IMG/VR virus record: IMGVR_UViG_3300042869_000717
Coordinates: 14,208 to 78,207 of that record
DNA length: 64,000 bases
Source: a virus
Lineage: Duplodnaviria; Heunggongvirae; Uroviricota; Caudoviricetes
Reading direction: 5' to 3' (one strand)
Shown: positions 47,059 to 56,194 of the stretch, piece after piece
How the letters are laid out: each line of letters starts with the position of its first letter
Position numbering within the stretch: the stretch's first letter is position 1
Notes under the pieces: model-generated
Database searches by the model: none
Told to the model about the DNA's origin: nothing
Seen by the model: the letters and a program-made list of their open reading frames with translations, nothing else
Made by a program: the position numbers and the translations under genes

Positions 47059-47063
47059 CAATT

Positions 47064-47136
47064 CGGTCAGTAGCTCAATCGGTAGAGCATTCGCCTGATA
47101 CGCGAAAGGTAGTGGGTTCGATACCCACCTGACCGA
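47064..47136 (+). tRNA. tRNA-Ile (anticodon GAT)
   Basis: acceptor CGGTCAG/CTGACCG, D-arm GCTCAATCGGTAGAGC, anticodon stem TTCGC/GCGAA loop CTGATAC, T-arm GTGGG-TTCGATA-CCCAC. Confidence 0.75.
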
Positions 47137-47324
47137 CAAATGTGGCTCATAAAGTTTGATTATTAATCTCAAATTACTTATATTTTGAGCCGAATAACAA
47201 AACAAAATGAGCTCAATAATCCCCTAAAGCTTTAAGGTGAAGCACGATACTTTTAATATCGGGAAAATGGGCCAGTACCATTTGGGGGAACAAAAAAAAA
47301 ATGTTTAATTAAAAATTAATAGTC

Positions 47325-47834
47325 GTGAGTAGTTACCAAAAAACTTTGGTTTTGGATTCAAGTTTTATGGCGAGGAGTATTATTTCCACAGAGAGGGCTT
47401 TCGTCATTTCTTATAAGGGTAATGCTGACGTTATAAATGAACATCCGGAATCATTCAAATTAGTGAATCCTGAATTGGATATCAAAAAACCTTCAATTAT
47501 TCGGGTCTACAAATATGTGAATCAGATAATTCAAAAAGTTCCTTTAAGTAGAGAGAATGTTTATCGTAGAGATAACTTTGAGTGTGTATATTGTGGAGAC
47601 AATAATAGAAAGACGCTAACTTTGGACCACGTAATACCCCAATCTAAGGGGGGGAAAGACAGTTGGGACAACTTAGTTACCGCTTGTAGAAGGTGTAACG
47701 GTGAGAAGTCCAATTTGACGTTGGAGGAATACGGTAAGGAAATTCCTCAACCAAGGAGACCTCATTACTTGATGTTAATGAAACAAGTTCATCACGAAAT
47801 CCCTGATGAATGGAGACCCTACTTATTCTTTTAA
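47325..47834 (+). CDS. HNH endonuclease (McrA-like)
   Basis: FECVYCGDNNRKTLTLDHVIPQSKGGKDSWDNLVTACRRCNGEK. Confidence 0.75.
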   Translation: MSSYQKTLVLDSSFMARSIISTERAFVISYKGNADVINEHPESFKLVNPELDIKKPSIIRVYKYVNQIIQKVPLSRENVYRRDNFECVYCGDNNRKTLTLDHVIPQSKGGKDSWDNLVTACRRCNGEKSNLTLEEYGKEIPQPRRPHYLMLMKQVHHEIPDEWRPYLFF

Positions 47835-47836
47835 CT

Positions 47837-48013
47837 ATGATAACAGAAAGTCAGTATAAAACAGCACTTAAAGTGGTGTCGGAATACAAGAAACAACAAA
47901 AATATTTAAAACCTAAGGAATGTCAACATTATAATATGGATTGGAGCATTGAAGAACAGAGATACGTTTGTCTTGATTGTGATTTCAAGGGACCTAAAAA
48001 AAGTGAGGAATAA
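47837..48013 (+). CDS. small zinc-ribbon protein with MITESQ N-terminus (truncated leader?)
   Basis: MITESQYKTALK...; CQHYNMDW...CLDC. Confidence 0.45.
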   Translation: MITESQYKTALKVVSEYKKQQKYLKPKECQHYNMDWSIEEQRYVCLDCDFKGPKKSEE

Positions 48014-48240
48014 TGTCAAATAAAATAAAATTCATTGGTAATGGTGATGATATATTCAAAAATGAAATTCATTTTACATCACCGGTTGGAAGTGATTACA
48101 CTTTATGTGGTTTAACACTTGATGGGGATTTTATGACTTGTGGTCAATTTGTAAAAACAAATGAAAATGTAAATTGTGAAGACTGTCAAAAAATTGTTAA
48201 CTTTTCAAAAACCATTAAAAAGACTTGGAAAACAATTTAA
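48013..48240 (+). CDS. small Cys-rich protein
   Basis: ORF track 75 aa, ATGA overlap. Confidence 0.45.
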   Translation: MSNKIKFIGNGDDIFKNEIHFTSPVGSDYTLCGLTLDGDFMTCGQFVKTNENVNCEDCQKIVNFSKTIKKTWKTI

Positions 48241-48256
48241 AGAAAATTCATAATTA

Positions 48257-48287
48257 TTTGGTAGATTAAATTTTAGTTGTATCTTTG
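48257..48287 (+). promoter_or_regulatory. promoter TTTG(48257)/TATCTTTG(48280)
   Basis: 19-bp spacing, 23 nt upstream of ATG 48310. Confidence 0.5.
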
Positions 48288-48309
48288 TCAAAATCAAAAA
48301 AGATAAGAT

Positions 48310-49152
48310 ATGGATAAGTTAAAAATAATGTTTAGTGAGAATTGGAAATCAATAATATTTTCATATTCATTGTTCATGATTAATGCGATATTGATGGTTA
48401 TGTATCCCAAAGTTTTGGGTAATGCAATTGACCACTTAATTACCAAAGATTATTCATACATATGGTATTTGGTTTCTACATTTGCATCAATTATGTTCTT
48501 CGGGTACATCAGTAAAATTTATGACACTAAAGTATTCTCCGGGATTTATAGGAGATTTGCCTCTATTGAAACAAGTAATCAACTTGATAATGATGTTGAG
48601 ACAACAAAAATCAACGGAAGATTAACCTTAATGCACTATATTGTCCTGTTTTTTGAACGAGATATGTTATTGGTAATACAGACGATTATTGGTTTGGTTG
48701 GCGCCATCTACTTCTTGGCAATGGTAAGTTTACCGATTGTTGGATTCTTGATTATTACAACAATATTAATCTTGGGGGCAACAGCATATTATTCACCAAA
48801 AATTGCCAACATTACAAGTAAATATAATGATTTGTCTGAAGAACAAACTGATGTGATTGGTACAAGAAAAATTGCCTCAATTAATAATTTATTAAAGAGA
48901 GGTCAGTTCTTATCACTTAAAATGTCAAGTATTGATGCTAAGTTTTCAATTTGGATTCAAGGTATTGTTTATGGAAGTGTGACAGCATTATTAACATACT
49001 ACGTAATGTACAATAAGGTGAGTGTGGGAAGTGTATTCTCAACTTATAGATATATGTTTGATTTTTGTAATGCTCTTCTTGGGTTACCAACAATTTTAAC
49101 ATCATATATTAATATTAAGGACGTTATTAAAAGATTAGAAACAGAAAATTAA
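48310..49152 (+). CDS. ABC-exporter-like transmembrane domain protein (6 TM), no ATPase domain in window
   Basis: 280 aa with 6 predicted TM helices arranged like type I ABC exporter TMD; next ORF is not an NBD. Confidence 0.5.
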   Translation: MDKLKIMFSENWKSIIFSYSLFMINAILMVMYPKVLGNAIDHLITKDYSYIWYLVSTFASIMFFGYISKIYDTKVFSGIYRRFASIETSNQLDNDVETTKINGRLTLMHYIVLFFERDMLLVIQTIIGLVGAIYFLAMVSLPIVGFLIITTILILGATAYYSPKIANITSKYNDLSEEQTDVIGTRKIASINNLLKRGQFLSLKMSSIDAKFSIWIQGIVYGSVTALLTYYVMYNKVSVGSVFSTYRYMFDFCNALLGLPTILTSYINIKDVIKRLETEN

Positions 49153-49157
49153 ATATT

Positions 49158-49433
49158 ATGTCAGAAGTAAAAAAACAACGTGAGAGAGTTATTGTGGCCG
49201 GAGATGGTGAATTATCATTTGGAATGGGAATTGAGAACAGTGTTAAATTACCATTCATTACGATTGATTCATTGTCAGAACCGAATGAGGTTGGTGTTGA
49301 TGTGTTAGGTGGTGAAAGTGAGGAAATTCTAACAATCATCTTTAAGAATCTCAAATCATTAGAGGTTTTGGAAAAAATGTGTAGTGAGTCAAGAAAATAT
49401 TTGGAAAATAAAGATAAAAATTTGGTAGATTAA
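49158..49433 (+). CDS. hypothetical protein
   Basis: ORF track 91 aa. Confidence 0.45.
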   Translation: MSEVKKQRERVIVAGDGELSFGMGIENSVKLPFITIDSLSEPNEVGVDVLGGESEEILTIIFKNLKSLEVLEKMCSESRKYLENKDKNLVD

Positions 49434-49443
49434 AAAATCGTAG

Positions 49444-49451
49444 TATCTTTG
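49444..49451 (+). promoter_or_regulatory. -7 box TATCTTTG upstream of 49474
   Basis: TAnnTTTG. Confidence 0.45.
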
Positions 49452-49473
49452 TCCCCACAAAAACTGATATATT

Positions 49474-49797
49474 ATGTTATTAGAAAACGAAATTTTAGAT
49501 TTTACGAATTGGTTGTATGACAATGGGTGGGAATTATCATCCGAAGGAAACTATACCAATATCCAAACTGATGAGGTTAAAAGTGTTGGAGAATTGATTA
49601 TTAAAAGTGAAACAATCAATGATTACGTACCACAAGCATTTCAAGTTGGTAATGTGGTTAGAGATAAAAATAGTGGAAATGAGGTTGAATTGACTAGAAT
49701 TGATTGGCATAAATACGACCGGGCATACACATATTGGTACGAAGATGAAGAAGGTGAGGAATGGTACGGATTTGAAGACGAATTTGAGAAAATATGA
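49474..49797 (+). CDS. hypothetical protein
   Basis: ORF track 107 aa. Confidence 0.5.
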   Translation: MLLENEILDFTNWLYDNGWELSSEGNYTNIQTDEVKSVGELIIKSETINDYVPQAFQVGNVVRDKNSGNEVELTRIDWHKYDRAYTYWYEDEEGEEWYGFEDEFEKI

Positions 49798-49979
49798 TTG
49801 AGAGTGATTTAACAACAGAAGAGCTAATAAGTGAAATTATTAAATTGGAATGTGAGATAACTGAATCAATTTTTAAAGGACATAAAGCTAATGATGGTGA
49901 CCAATATGTCAATCATAGAAAAAGATTATCTCTTTTAAGAAAAACACTCCGGAGTAGGAATATAATCGTATCTTTGTAA
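49794..49979 (+). CDS. hypothetical small protein
   Basis: ORF track 61 aa. Confidence 0.4.
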   Translation: MIESDLTTEELISEIIKLECEITESIFKGHKANDGDQYVNHRKRLSLLRKTLRSRNIIVSL

Positions 49980-50045
49980 AAATTATTACATATACACCTT
50001 GTTATGTGTATGTAAAAAACGTAAAAAAATTAAACTTTTAAATAT

Positions 50046-50270
50046 ATGAAACGAACTAAATTAACAGATTTTATTTTGAAAAACCTACAATGGACTGGTT
50101 TATTTTTGTGTGAACAAATTTACTGGAGTAGATTGAGTAAAACACTGAATGACATCAAAAACAACATAGATGACATTGAAACAATTTCACACAAAAATAA
50201 TGATGTAATAAAGGGGTTTTCAAAAGAAAACTTCGATAATAGAACACTGTATAAAGTTGAGGTAGTTTAA
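50046..50270 (+). CDS. hypothetical protein
   Basis: ORF track 74 aa; TTGTTATGTGTATGTAAAA motif ~40 nt upstream. Confidence 0.45.
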   Translation: MKRTKLTDFILKNLQWTGLFLCEQIYWSRLSKTLNDIKNNIDDIETISHKNNDVIKGFSKENFDNRTLYKVEVV

Positions 50271-50380
50271 TTTTAGTTTTTTATTACACATAACGGTTGG
50301 GTGTAAAAAATTGTTTTAATGTTTTTTACACTTTGTTATGTTTAGTTTTAAAAAATTTATACAACTTAAAAATATATTAT

Positions 50381-50650
50381 ATGAAAGAATGGATAGAGAT
50401 AAATTCAGAACAAGATTTACCAAATGAAGAATTATTTTGTTGGTGGGTAAATAGAACAAATGGTCATATGTTTCCAAGTAAATTGAAAGGACAAATGGGA
50501 AGAAGTTTGTCTCATTTAACATTTAGTCACTATATGGTTATTGATGATGTACCAACGCCACCAACAGAACGAAAACCACTTGAAGAACAAACTTCTTGGA
50601 CTAAATTTGATGTAAACAAAATACTTCAAGACAAATTAAAAAACAAATAA
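50381..50650 (+). CDS. hypothetical protein (track ORF 50297.. trimmed to MKEWIEI)
   Basis: TTTGTTATGT motif ~47 nt upstream. Confidence 0.45.
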   Translation: MKEWIEINSEQDLPNEELFCWWVNRTNGHMFPSKLKGQMGRSLSHLTFSHYMVIDDVPTPPTERKPLEEQTSWTKFDVNKILQDKLKNK

Positions 50651-50898
50651 ATTTCTTAAAATTAAACATAACGATTGAGTATAAAAGAAGTGCGGTTGTG
50701 TAACAACTATCTTGCAAGGTAGATGCGGTTCAACTCCGTAACAGAGGATTTCCAATGTCGAACTTTTGGAGCATTTCTTTTATACTTTGTTATAAAATCG
50801 TTTTAATGTTTTATAACGTCCGATGATAAACAATCGTTTTAATGTTGTTTATCATTTGTTATGTGTATGTAAAATAAAAATTATACAAATTTAAAATT

Positions 50899-51111
50899 AT
50901 GGGACGAAATAGAAACGGAAGTAATGAATTATTAGAATCTTTAATCGGAATGAATAAAGAATCAGGAACAGAATTATGTAAAGAAAATGATTATAAAGTT
51001 AGAATAACAAGAGAAGATTCTAATAATTATGTAATCACAATGGATTTACGATTTGATAGAATAAACTTGGAGATTGATAAAGGATTAATAACCAAATGTG
51101 ATATAGGATAA
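50899..51111 (+). CDS. hypothetical protein
   Basis: ORF track 70 aa; TTTGTTATGTGTATGTAAAA 40 nt upstream. Confidence 0.45.
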   Translation: MGRNRNGSNELLESLIGMNKESGTELCKENDYKVRITREDSNNYVITMDLRFDRINLEIDKGLITKCDIG

Positions 51112-51393
51112 TCATAATTTTTATTTTATTACACATAACTATGTTATATATGTAATATTGTGTAAAACATTAATTATTAGTAAGTTATATTATGAAAAAC
51201 CAAAAAATTATAAAGATTTGTGAAGAAAAGTTTATATATCTGAACTACTCCCCTAAAACTGGAAATAATTATTTATCGCATGTTAAACCTTTCTTAGAAA
51301 GTTTATACTCACGTTTCAAATAATATTTTAAGTAAAGTAAAACTTCCTATATAATTTTCTAATTTTTAATTTGGTTGGTTAAAAATTTATTCC

Positions 51394-51401
51394 TACCTTT
51401 G
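51394..51401 (+). promoter_or_regulatory. -7 box TACCTTTG (with TTTG at ~51370)
   Basis: upstream of 51453. Confidence 0.45.
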
Positions 51402-51452
51402 TAAAAAAATTAAAGATTAACTCTTGGTGTAAGAGGATTAAAAATAGAAATT

Positions 51453-51695
51453 ATGATATTAAAAAAAGATATGGTTGAAGGGTGGTATAATGGTTTCTGT
51501 AGAAACAACCACATGGCATATTGGGATGGTGAAAAGTTCCAATACATTCGATATCAGTTCGGGTTTTATTTGGACACCATTGAACATTTTGAGGATGTTA
51601 AAGAAAAAAGATTGGACGGATTTGTTCCGGTTGAAAGGGTTGAAAGAATCCCCATTGATGAACAATGGAAGATTAAAGATGAAATAGGATATTAA
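51453..51695 (+). CDS. hypothetical protein
   Basis: ORF track 80 aa. Confidence 0.45.
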   Translation: MILKKDMVEGWYNGFCRNNHMAYWDGEKFQYIRYQFGFYLDTIEHFEDVKEKRLDGFVPVERVERIPIDEQWKIKDEIGY

Positions 51696-51855
51696 GATGA
51701 CAGAATACGAAGCAAAACAAAGATTAAAGTGGTTTATTGATGGATATTTTATCCATTGTTTGGGAAGTTTATTCTCCAAAATGTCCACAGAAAGAATTTG
51801 TGAATTATACAATGTTGAGATGTCATATTTTAGAGAAGATATTAAATAAACAAAT

Positions 51856-52242
51856 ATGGGTAGATATTATTTCCAAGTAGATAGAGTGGCGTCAATGAGT
51901 TTCCAACCGGAAAAAGAAACAGGTTATAAGTGGTTTGATAAAGTACCATCAAAACCTAAAACATTTTTAGGGATTAAGTATGGTATGACAGAAGAAACAC
52001 CTGAAGGGTGGAGTAATTATAATTCCGGAATAAACCGAAGAACTACGGAATATTTAAGTGAATACAAATGGTATCTTATCAATGAAGAAACTAAAGAAAT
52101 TCGACAAAAATCTCAAATAACCGTTAATTTATCTGATAAGACATCACATAGCACGTATTTTGATTCTGAAGAAGAAGCGGAAGAATATATGTATGGATTA
52201 CAAGAATCAACCGGTAAGGAGTTTTTTGGAATTGACACATAA
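51856..52242 (+). CDS. hypothetical protein
   Basis: ORF track 128 aa. Confidence 0.5.
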   Translation: MGRYYFQVDRVASMSFQPEKETGYKWFDKVPSKPKTFLGIKYGMTEETPEGWSNYNSGINRRTTEYLSEYKWYLINEETKEIRQKSQITVNLSDKTSHSTYFDSEEEAEEYMYGLQESTGKEFFGIDT

Positions 52243-52412
52243 AAATTAAATTTACACATAGAAAGACAAACAGCGTTAAAGTTAGAAAATGTAACACTAC
52301 AAGAAGTGTTATGTTTGTTGAGTAAGTTAGTTTTAGGGAGGAATGAAATAGTTTGAAAATAAATAGCCCTTCTAATTATCCCAATCTTGATGGATGTGTG
52401 ATTTATTAAAAC

Positions 52413-52480
52413 ACCCGCTACGTAGTCACGGCCGGATAACACGTACAGACAAGGGAGAAAAGGTCAGTCCGGGTGTTTTT
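52413..52480 (+). ncRNA. structured element closed by long-range stem ACACCCG...CGGGTGT followed by T6 (terminator-like or small RNA)
   Basis: 7-bp GC-rich closing stem enclosing ~50 nt, then TTTTTT. Confidence 0.3.
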
Positions 52481-52552
52481 TAAAATAGAAAACCTACAGT
52501 GCTCATAGAATGATATGGATACAATTCCTGTTCTTTAGGTCGTAGGTTAAAT

Positions 52553-52622
52553 GGTCTTGTTGGTCGTGGCGACCGGTTAGTCTGCAAAACTAATAGAGTG
52601 GGTTCGATTCCCCCCGAGACCT
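52553..52622 (+). tRNA. tRNA-Cys (anticodon GCA), short D-loop, one T-stem mismatch
   Basis: acceptor GGTCTTG/CGAGACC, anticodon stem TTAGT/ACTAA loop CTGCAAA, T-loop TTCGATT. Confidence 0.45.
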
Positions 52623-52855
52623 CAAATAACATAGTTTTTTAACTCGCGAAAATCGGCTTGAATCTCTGAATGGAAAACGCGTTTCTTAGTAAGAGGTGAA
52701 ATAGAAAATTAGATTCGGAGGCATCCGGGTTGTGTGAAAAAGTAGGGGGGTTACCCGGCGGGGGACTACAAAAAATTATGTTATTATTTTTGGTGAAACA
52801 TAGGTTATGGTGACCCTTTTTAGTTTTTTAAGATATTTATATTAAAATAAAGTAT

Positions 52856-53503
52856 ATGAATTTAAAAACTGTAACAAAAGAAGAATTATTTGAAATATTA
52901 AATAATTCAAAATCAATGAGAGAGGTTATTTTATTATTTAATTTATCACCAAATGGGTCGGGTGGTTATAGAAATATTAAAGACAGAATTATTAAATTGG
53001 GTTTAGAGATTCCTAAATATAATTATTATGGTACAGGACCTAAAGAAGTTAGATTAGACGAGGACGTTTTTGTTAAAGATTCAACATTTGCGAGAGGTAA
53101 AATTAAAAATAGAATATTAAAGAAAAATTTACTTGAGTATAAATGTGTCGAATGTGGCAATAATGGGGAATGGAATGGTAAAAATATTAGCCTACATTTA
53201 GACCATATTAATGGGGTTAATAATGACAATAGAATAGAAAATTTAAGATTTTTATGTCCTAATTGTCACTCCCAAACTAGCACATATTCCGGGAAATCTA
53301 ATAAAATTAAATACCATTGTGAGTGTGGTGGTACAAAAGATAAAAAAAGTGATAAATGTATCAAATGTACAAATAAACAAAATAGAAAAGTTGAGAGACC
53401 ATCCATAGAACAAATAAAACAAGATGTAATTAATCTTGGGTATAAAGGAACAGGTCGTAAATATGGTGTTAGTGATAACGCCATTAGAAAATGGTTAAAA
53501 TAA
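52856..53503 (+). CDS. HNH homing endonuclease (paralog of 57424..58221)
   Basis: CVECGNNGEWNGKNISLHLDHINGVNNDNRIENLRFLCPNCHSQT; shared N- and C-terminal modules with 57424 gene. Confidence 0.8.
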   Translation: MNLKTVTKEELFEILNNSKSMREVILLFNLSPNGSGGYRNIKDRIIKLGLEIPKYNYYGTGPKEVRLDEDVFVKDSTFARGKIKNRILKKNLLEYKCVECGNNGEWNGKNISLHLDHINGVNNDNRIENLRFLCPNCHSQTSTYSGKSNKIKYHCECGGTKDKKSDKCIKCTNKQNRKVERPSIEQIKQDVINLGYKGTGRKYGVSDNAIRKWLK

Positions 53504-53504
53504 T

Positions 53505-53575
53505 ACGTTTGTGATGTAATGGTAGCATAATTCTCTCCAAAAGAATTTGTATGGGTTCGAGACCTATCAAACGTG
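53505..53575 (+). tRNA. tRNA-Trp (anticodon CCA)
   Basis: acceptor ACGTTTG/CAAACGT perfect, D-arm ATGT..GCAT, anticodon stem ATTCT/AGAAT loop CTCCAAA, T-arm ATGGG-TTCGAGA-CCTAT. Confidence 0.65.
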
Positions 53576-53737
53576 CAAGAAGACGGAGAGTGATTTAAGG
53601 GTATAATTCCGTTAGGTGACCCCTTGAGGGTCTCTCCCGAAGAAATATTGTAAAACTAAACTTCCACATAAGGTGAAGTCGGTCATAATTGTTGGTGTGG
53701 ATGTACTTCAAAGCCGTCTGTTGTTTTACAAAAAAAA

Positions 53738-53808
53738 GGGATAAAAGCACATAAGGATGTGCAAGCATCAGACGGTGCGAGGCATGGGTTCGAATCCCAA
53801 ATATTCCA
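53738..53808 (+). tRNA. tRNA-like (D-arm GCAC..GTGC and T-arm ATGGG-TTCGAAT-CCCAA present; anticodon arm unresolved)
   Basis: partial cloverleaf only. Confidence 0.25.
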
Positions 53809-54337
53809 CAAAAACAGACACATAACTTAAGTCAGTGGTAATACGGATGTGAGGTTCGGAGTAATCAACCAAACCAAGAGACCGCCGAGGGTAAACACGG
53901 GTATGATGCCCGTCTAGTCCCCTAAGACGTAAATATCGGAGAATCATTCTGTCTGTTTTTAATTATTTGGGTAACCTTTCCGGTGTAGCGAATCGGGCCA
54001 TTCGGTGAGGGTGGTGTCAGAGAATAAGGTTAATTGGAGTACAATGTATTGTAATATTTCTAGAAAAAAAGATATGTCAAGGCTCTCGGTGCGAATCCCC
54101 TGTTACCCACAAAATTTATCGATACGGTGAATACCGGCGATAATCGCCGTAGAAATACGGTGAATGTAAATAAAAAGTTTAACAACCGGGGTGTCCATAC
54201 TCTAAAAAATTAATGGACTAGCGTGTTGATAGGGGTGACCTCCCAATAGTAGCACCGTAGTAATACGGTAAAGGATAGATAAGGACTAGTACGCCGGTGA
54301 CGAACACGACGAATTCCGGAATTCCCATGTAGCCCGC

Positions 54338-54372
54338 TACGACCCGAGGGCGGGGTTGTTAAACTTTTTTAA
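54338..54372 (+). terminator. hairpin CCCG-AGGG-CGGG + T6, closing a ~170-nt region bounded by AACAACC...GGTTGTT long-range pairing
   Basis: T-run after GC hairpin at end of 0.8-kb noncoding stretch. Confidence 0.45.
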
Positions 54373-54510
54373 TAATATTACTTATGATTAAAATACCTTC
54401 ACCTCGAAGAAATTATCCATTTCCGATAATTGTTAAAACAATATTATCTATACCGGTTTAAAAAAAAATGTATTTGAATAGTAATTCATTATGTTAAGAT
54501 ATTTATTAGT

Positions 54511-54897
54511 ATGAGAAAATTTATAATTACCGAAGAAGAAAAAGACGATATATTAAACCAACACAAAGAAATGATGGATAAACCAAAACTTCCGGAGAAT
54601 AGAAAAATATTAGATTTTGATATAACTCCAATGAGTTTACTTAAATTTAAGTCTCAGGGGTTAACACCGTATTATTACGATGGAGATACCAATATTATTG
54701 AAATAACAAGTCCAATTATAGGGAAGACATATAACACTATACCAAAAGAAGTGTTCTTATTAACTCCGGATGAATACGATAAGATTAAAAAATTATCTGA
54801 CAATATTAAGGAAATGATTGAACTTAAAATGAATGCAATTAAATTGTTTAAACAATACATTCCGGCTGTTTTAGATGAACTTATAGAAAATAAATAA
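54511..54897 (+). CDS. FIITEEE-leader family protein
   Basis: N-terminus MRKFIITEEEKDDILNQHKEMM. Confidence 0.55.
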   Translation: MRKFIITEEEKDDILNQHKEMMDKPKLPENRKILDFDITPMSLLKFKSQGLTPYYYDGDTNIIEITSPIIGKTYNTIPKEVFLLTPDEYDKIKKLSDNIKEMIELKMNAIKLFKQYIPAVLDELIENK

Positions 54898-55103
54898 TTA
54901 ATACTTGACACTTTTATAAAAAGGTGTATATTTATTAGAAATTACAATAACACAGAAAATGCAAACTTTAAACATATTACTTACGATAGCGGGAACTGAG
55001 GGTAGAGATACGACTTGGAAGGAGATGGTATGATATATATTTAAGTAAAAAAAAATATTTAAAAATCCATCTTCAAAAAAGGTGGATTTTTTTTTTGTTT
55101 TTA

Positions 55104-55134
55104 TTTGGTAGAATGAAATAATGTATTACCTTTG
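55104..55134 (+). promoter_or_regulatory. promoter TTTG(55104)/TACCTTTG(55127); upstream motif TTTGGTAGAATGAAATAA shared with 55624 and 59338 promoters
   Basis: 19-bp spacing; 18 nt before ATG 55152. Confidence 0.55.
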
Positions 55135-55151
55135 TAACAAATAAAAGGATT

Positions 55152-55394
55152 ATGAAAAAATTAATTTTAATTATGTCCATCCCACTATTCTTATCTTGTT
55201 CTGTTGATGGATATGTGAGTTGTAATTGTGGGCTAGTAATTAGTAATAGAGTGAGAGATTATTCTGTTGTAATTAGAAATGAATGTACCGGAGATGATAA
55301 ATTATTTTATCTATACCCGAATGATTGGAGAAACGCCCAAGTGGGTTCACAATTTTGTATTTATAACACCAATAATTGGAGAAAATCAAATTAA
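55152..55394 (+). CDS. putative lipoprotein
   Basis: MKKLILIMSIPLFLSCS signal peptide with lipobox. Confidence 0.5.
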   Translation: MKKLILIMSIPLFLSCSVDGYVSCNCGLVISNRVRDYSVVIRNECTGDDKLFYLYPNDWRNAQVGSQFCIYNTNNWRKSN

Positions 55395-55398
55395 AGTT

Positions 55399-55530
55399 AT
55401 GGAAGAATATACAGGAGAACAAATATTGGTCATAATGGGTGGATTGTTGGTATGTTTACTGGTATTGATACTCGCAGGTAAAAAATATATTGATACAATA
55501 ACTAAAAATAATAATAACAGGTATGATTAG
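55399..55530 (+). CDS. small membrane protein (from track ORF 55279..55530, internal Met)
   Basis: MEEYTGEQILVIMGGLLVCLLVLILAGKKY single TM. Confidence 0.3.
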   Translation: MEEYTGEQILVIMGGLLVCLLVLILAGKKYIDTITKNNNNRYD

Positions 55531-55623
55531 AGAAGAGTTGGTTATGGATTACTCACCGATATTGGGAGTAACCTACGGATTAAAAAATGTTTTAGTCGAA
55601 GAAGAAAAAAAAGAAGAGTAAAG

Positions 55624-55654
55624 TTTGGTAGAATGAAATAAAGCATTATCTTTG
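55624..55654 (+). promoter_or_regulatory. promoter TTTG(55624)/TATCTTTG(55647) driving tRNA cluster 2
   Basis: 47 nt upstream of tRNA-Glu. Confidence 0.55.
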
Positions 55655-55700
55655 TACCATCAAAAAGAAACAAGTTAATTGAAATATTGGTTATTCATAA

Positions 55701-55772
55701 GCTGCCATCATCTAACGGTCAGGATATATGGTTTTCATCCATAAAATCGGAGTTCGATTCTCCGTGGCAGTA
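55701..55772 (+). tRNA. tRNA-Glu (anticodon TTC)
   Basis: acceptor GCTGCCA/TGGCAGT, D-arm ATCT..AGGA(T), anticodon stem TATGG/CCATA loop TTTTCAT, T-arm CGGAG-TTCGATT-CTCCG. Confidence 0.7.
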
Positions 55773-55836
55773 CAAGGGTTATGAGCAACGTGTCCCCTAA
55801 TTACACAATGTTGACGATTCGGAAAGACGAATAATT

Positions 55837-55910
55837 GGGGCTGTAGTTCAATTGGCTGAATAGCTCGTTTGCAACGAGAAGGTATGCGGGTTCGACCCCC
55901 GTCAGTTCCA
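55837..55910 (+). tRNA. tRNA-Ala (anticodon TGC)
   Basis: acceptor GGGGCTG/CAGTTCC (two G-U), anticodon loop TTTGCAA, T-loop TTCGACC. Confidence 0.55.
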
Positions 55911-56010
55911 CAAAAAACAGAAAGACAGAATACGGGAAGTCACTACCCGGGAAACACGGTTCTTTCTCCTTCAATTGTTATAGGATAGTCACCTTTGAAT
56001 TGAAAATTTT

Positions 56011-56086
56011 GGTCTTGTGAGCCCCATTGGTAGGGGAATTGCACTGTCACTGCTCTAAAATGAGGGTTCGAAACCCTCCGGGACCG
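56011..56086 (+). tRNA. tRNA-like, anticodon GTC (Asp?) with weak anticodon stem and irregular D region
   Basis: acceptor GGTCTTG/CGGGACC, T-arm GAGGG-TTCGAAA-CCCTC. Confidence 0.4.
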
Positions 56087-56194
56087 CAATTAAATAATAC
56101 ATCGCGAGTGGGGGGCATAGAGTTTCCGCAAGTCTCATAAACTTGACATAAGACAGGGGCGGTACCTGTACTTCGCTACTAAAAACAAATAAAT

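Noticed and set aside
43990-47205. Track ORFs 43990..44280(-), 44395..44613(-), 45743..45940(-), 45812..46024(+), 45885..46070(-), 46926..47132(+), 46936..47205(-)
   Set aside because: They lie on top of well-folding tRNA genes in the tRNA cluster; amino-acid composition is atypical; treated as spurious
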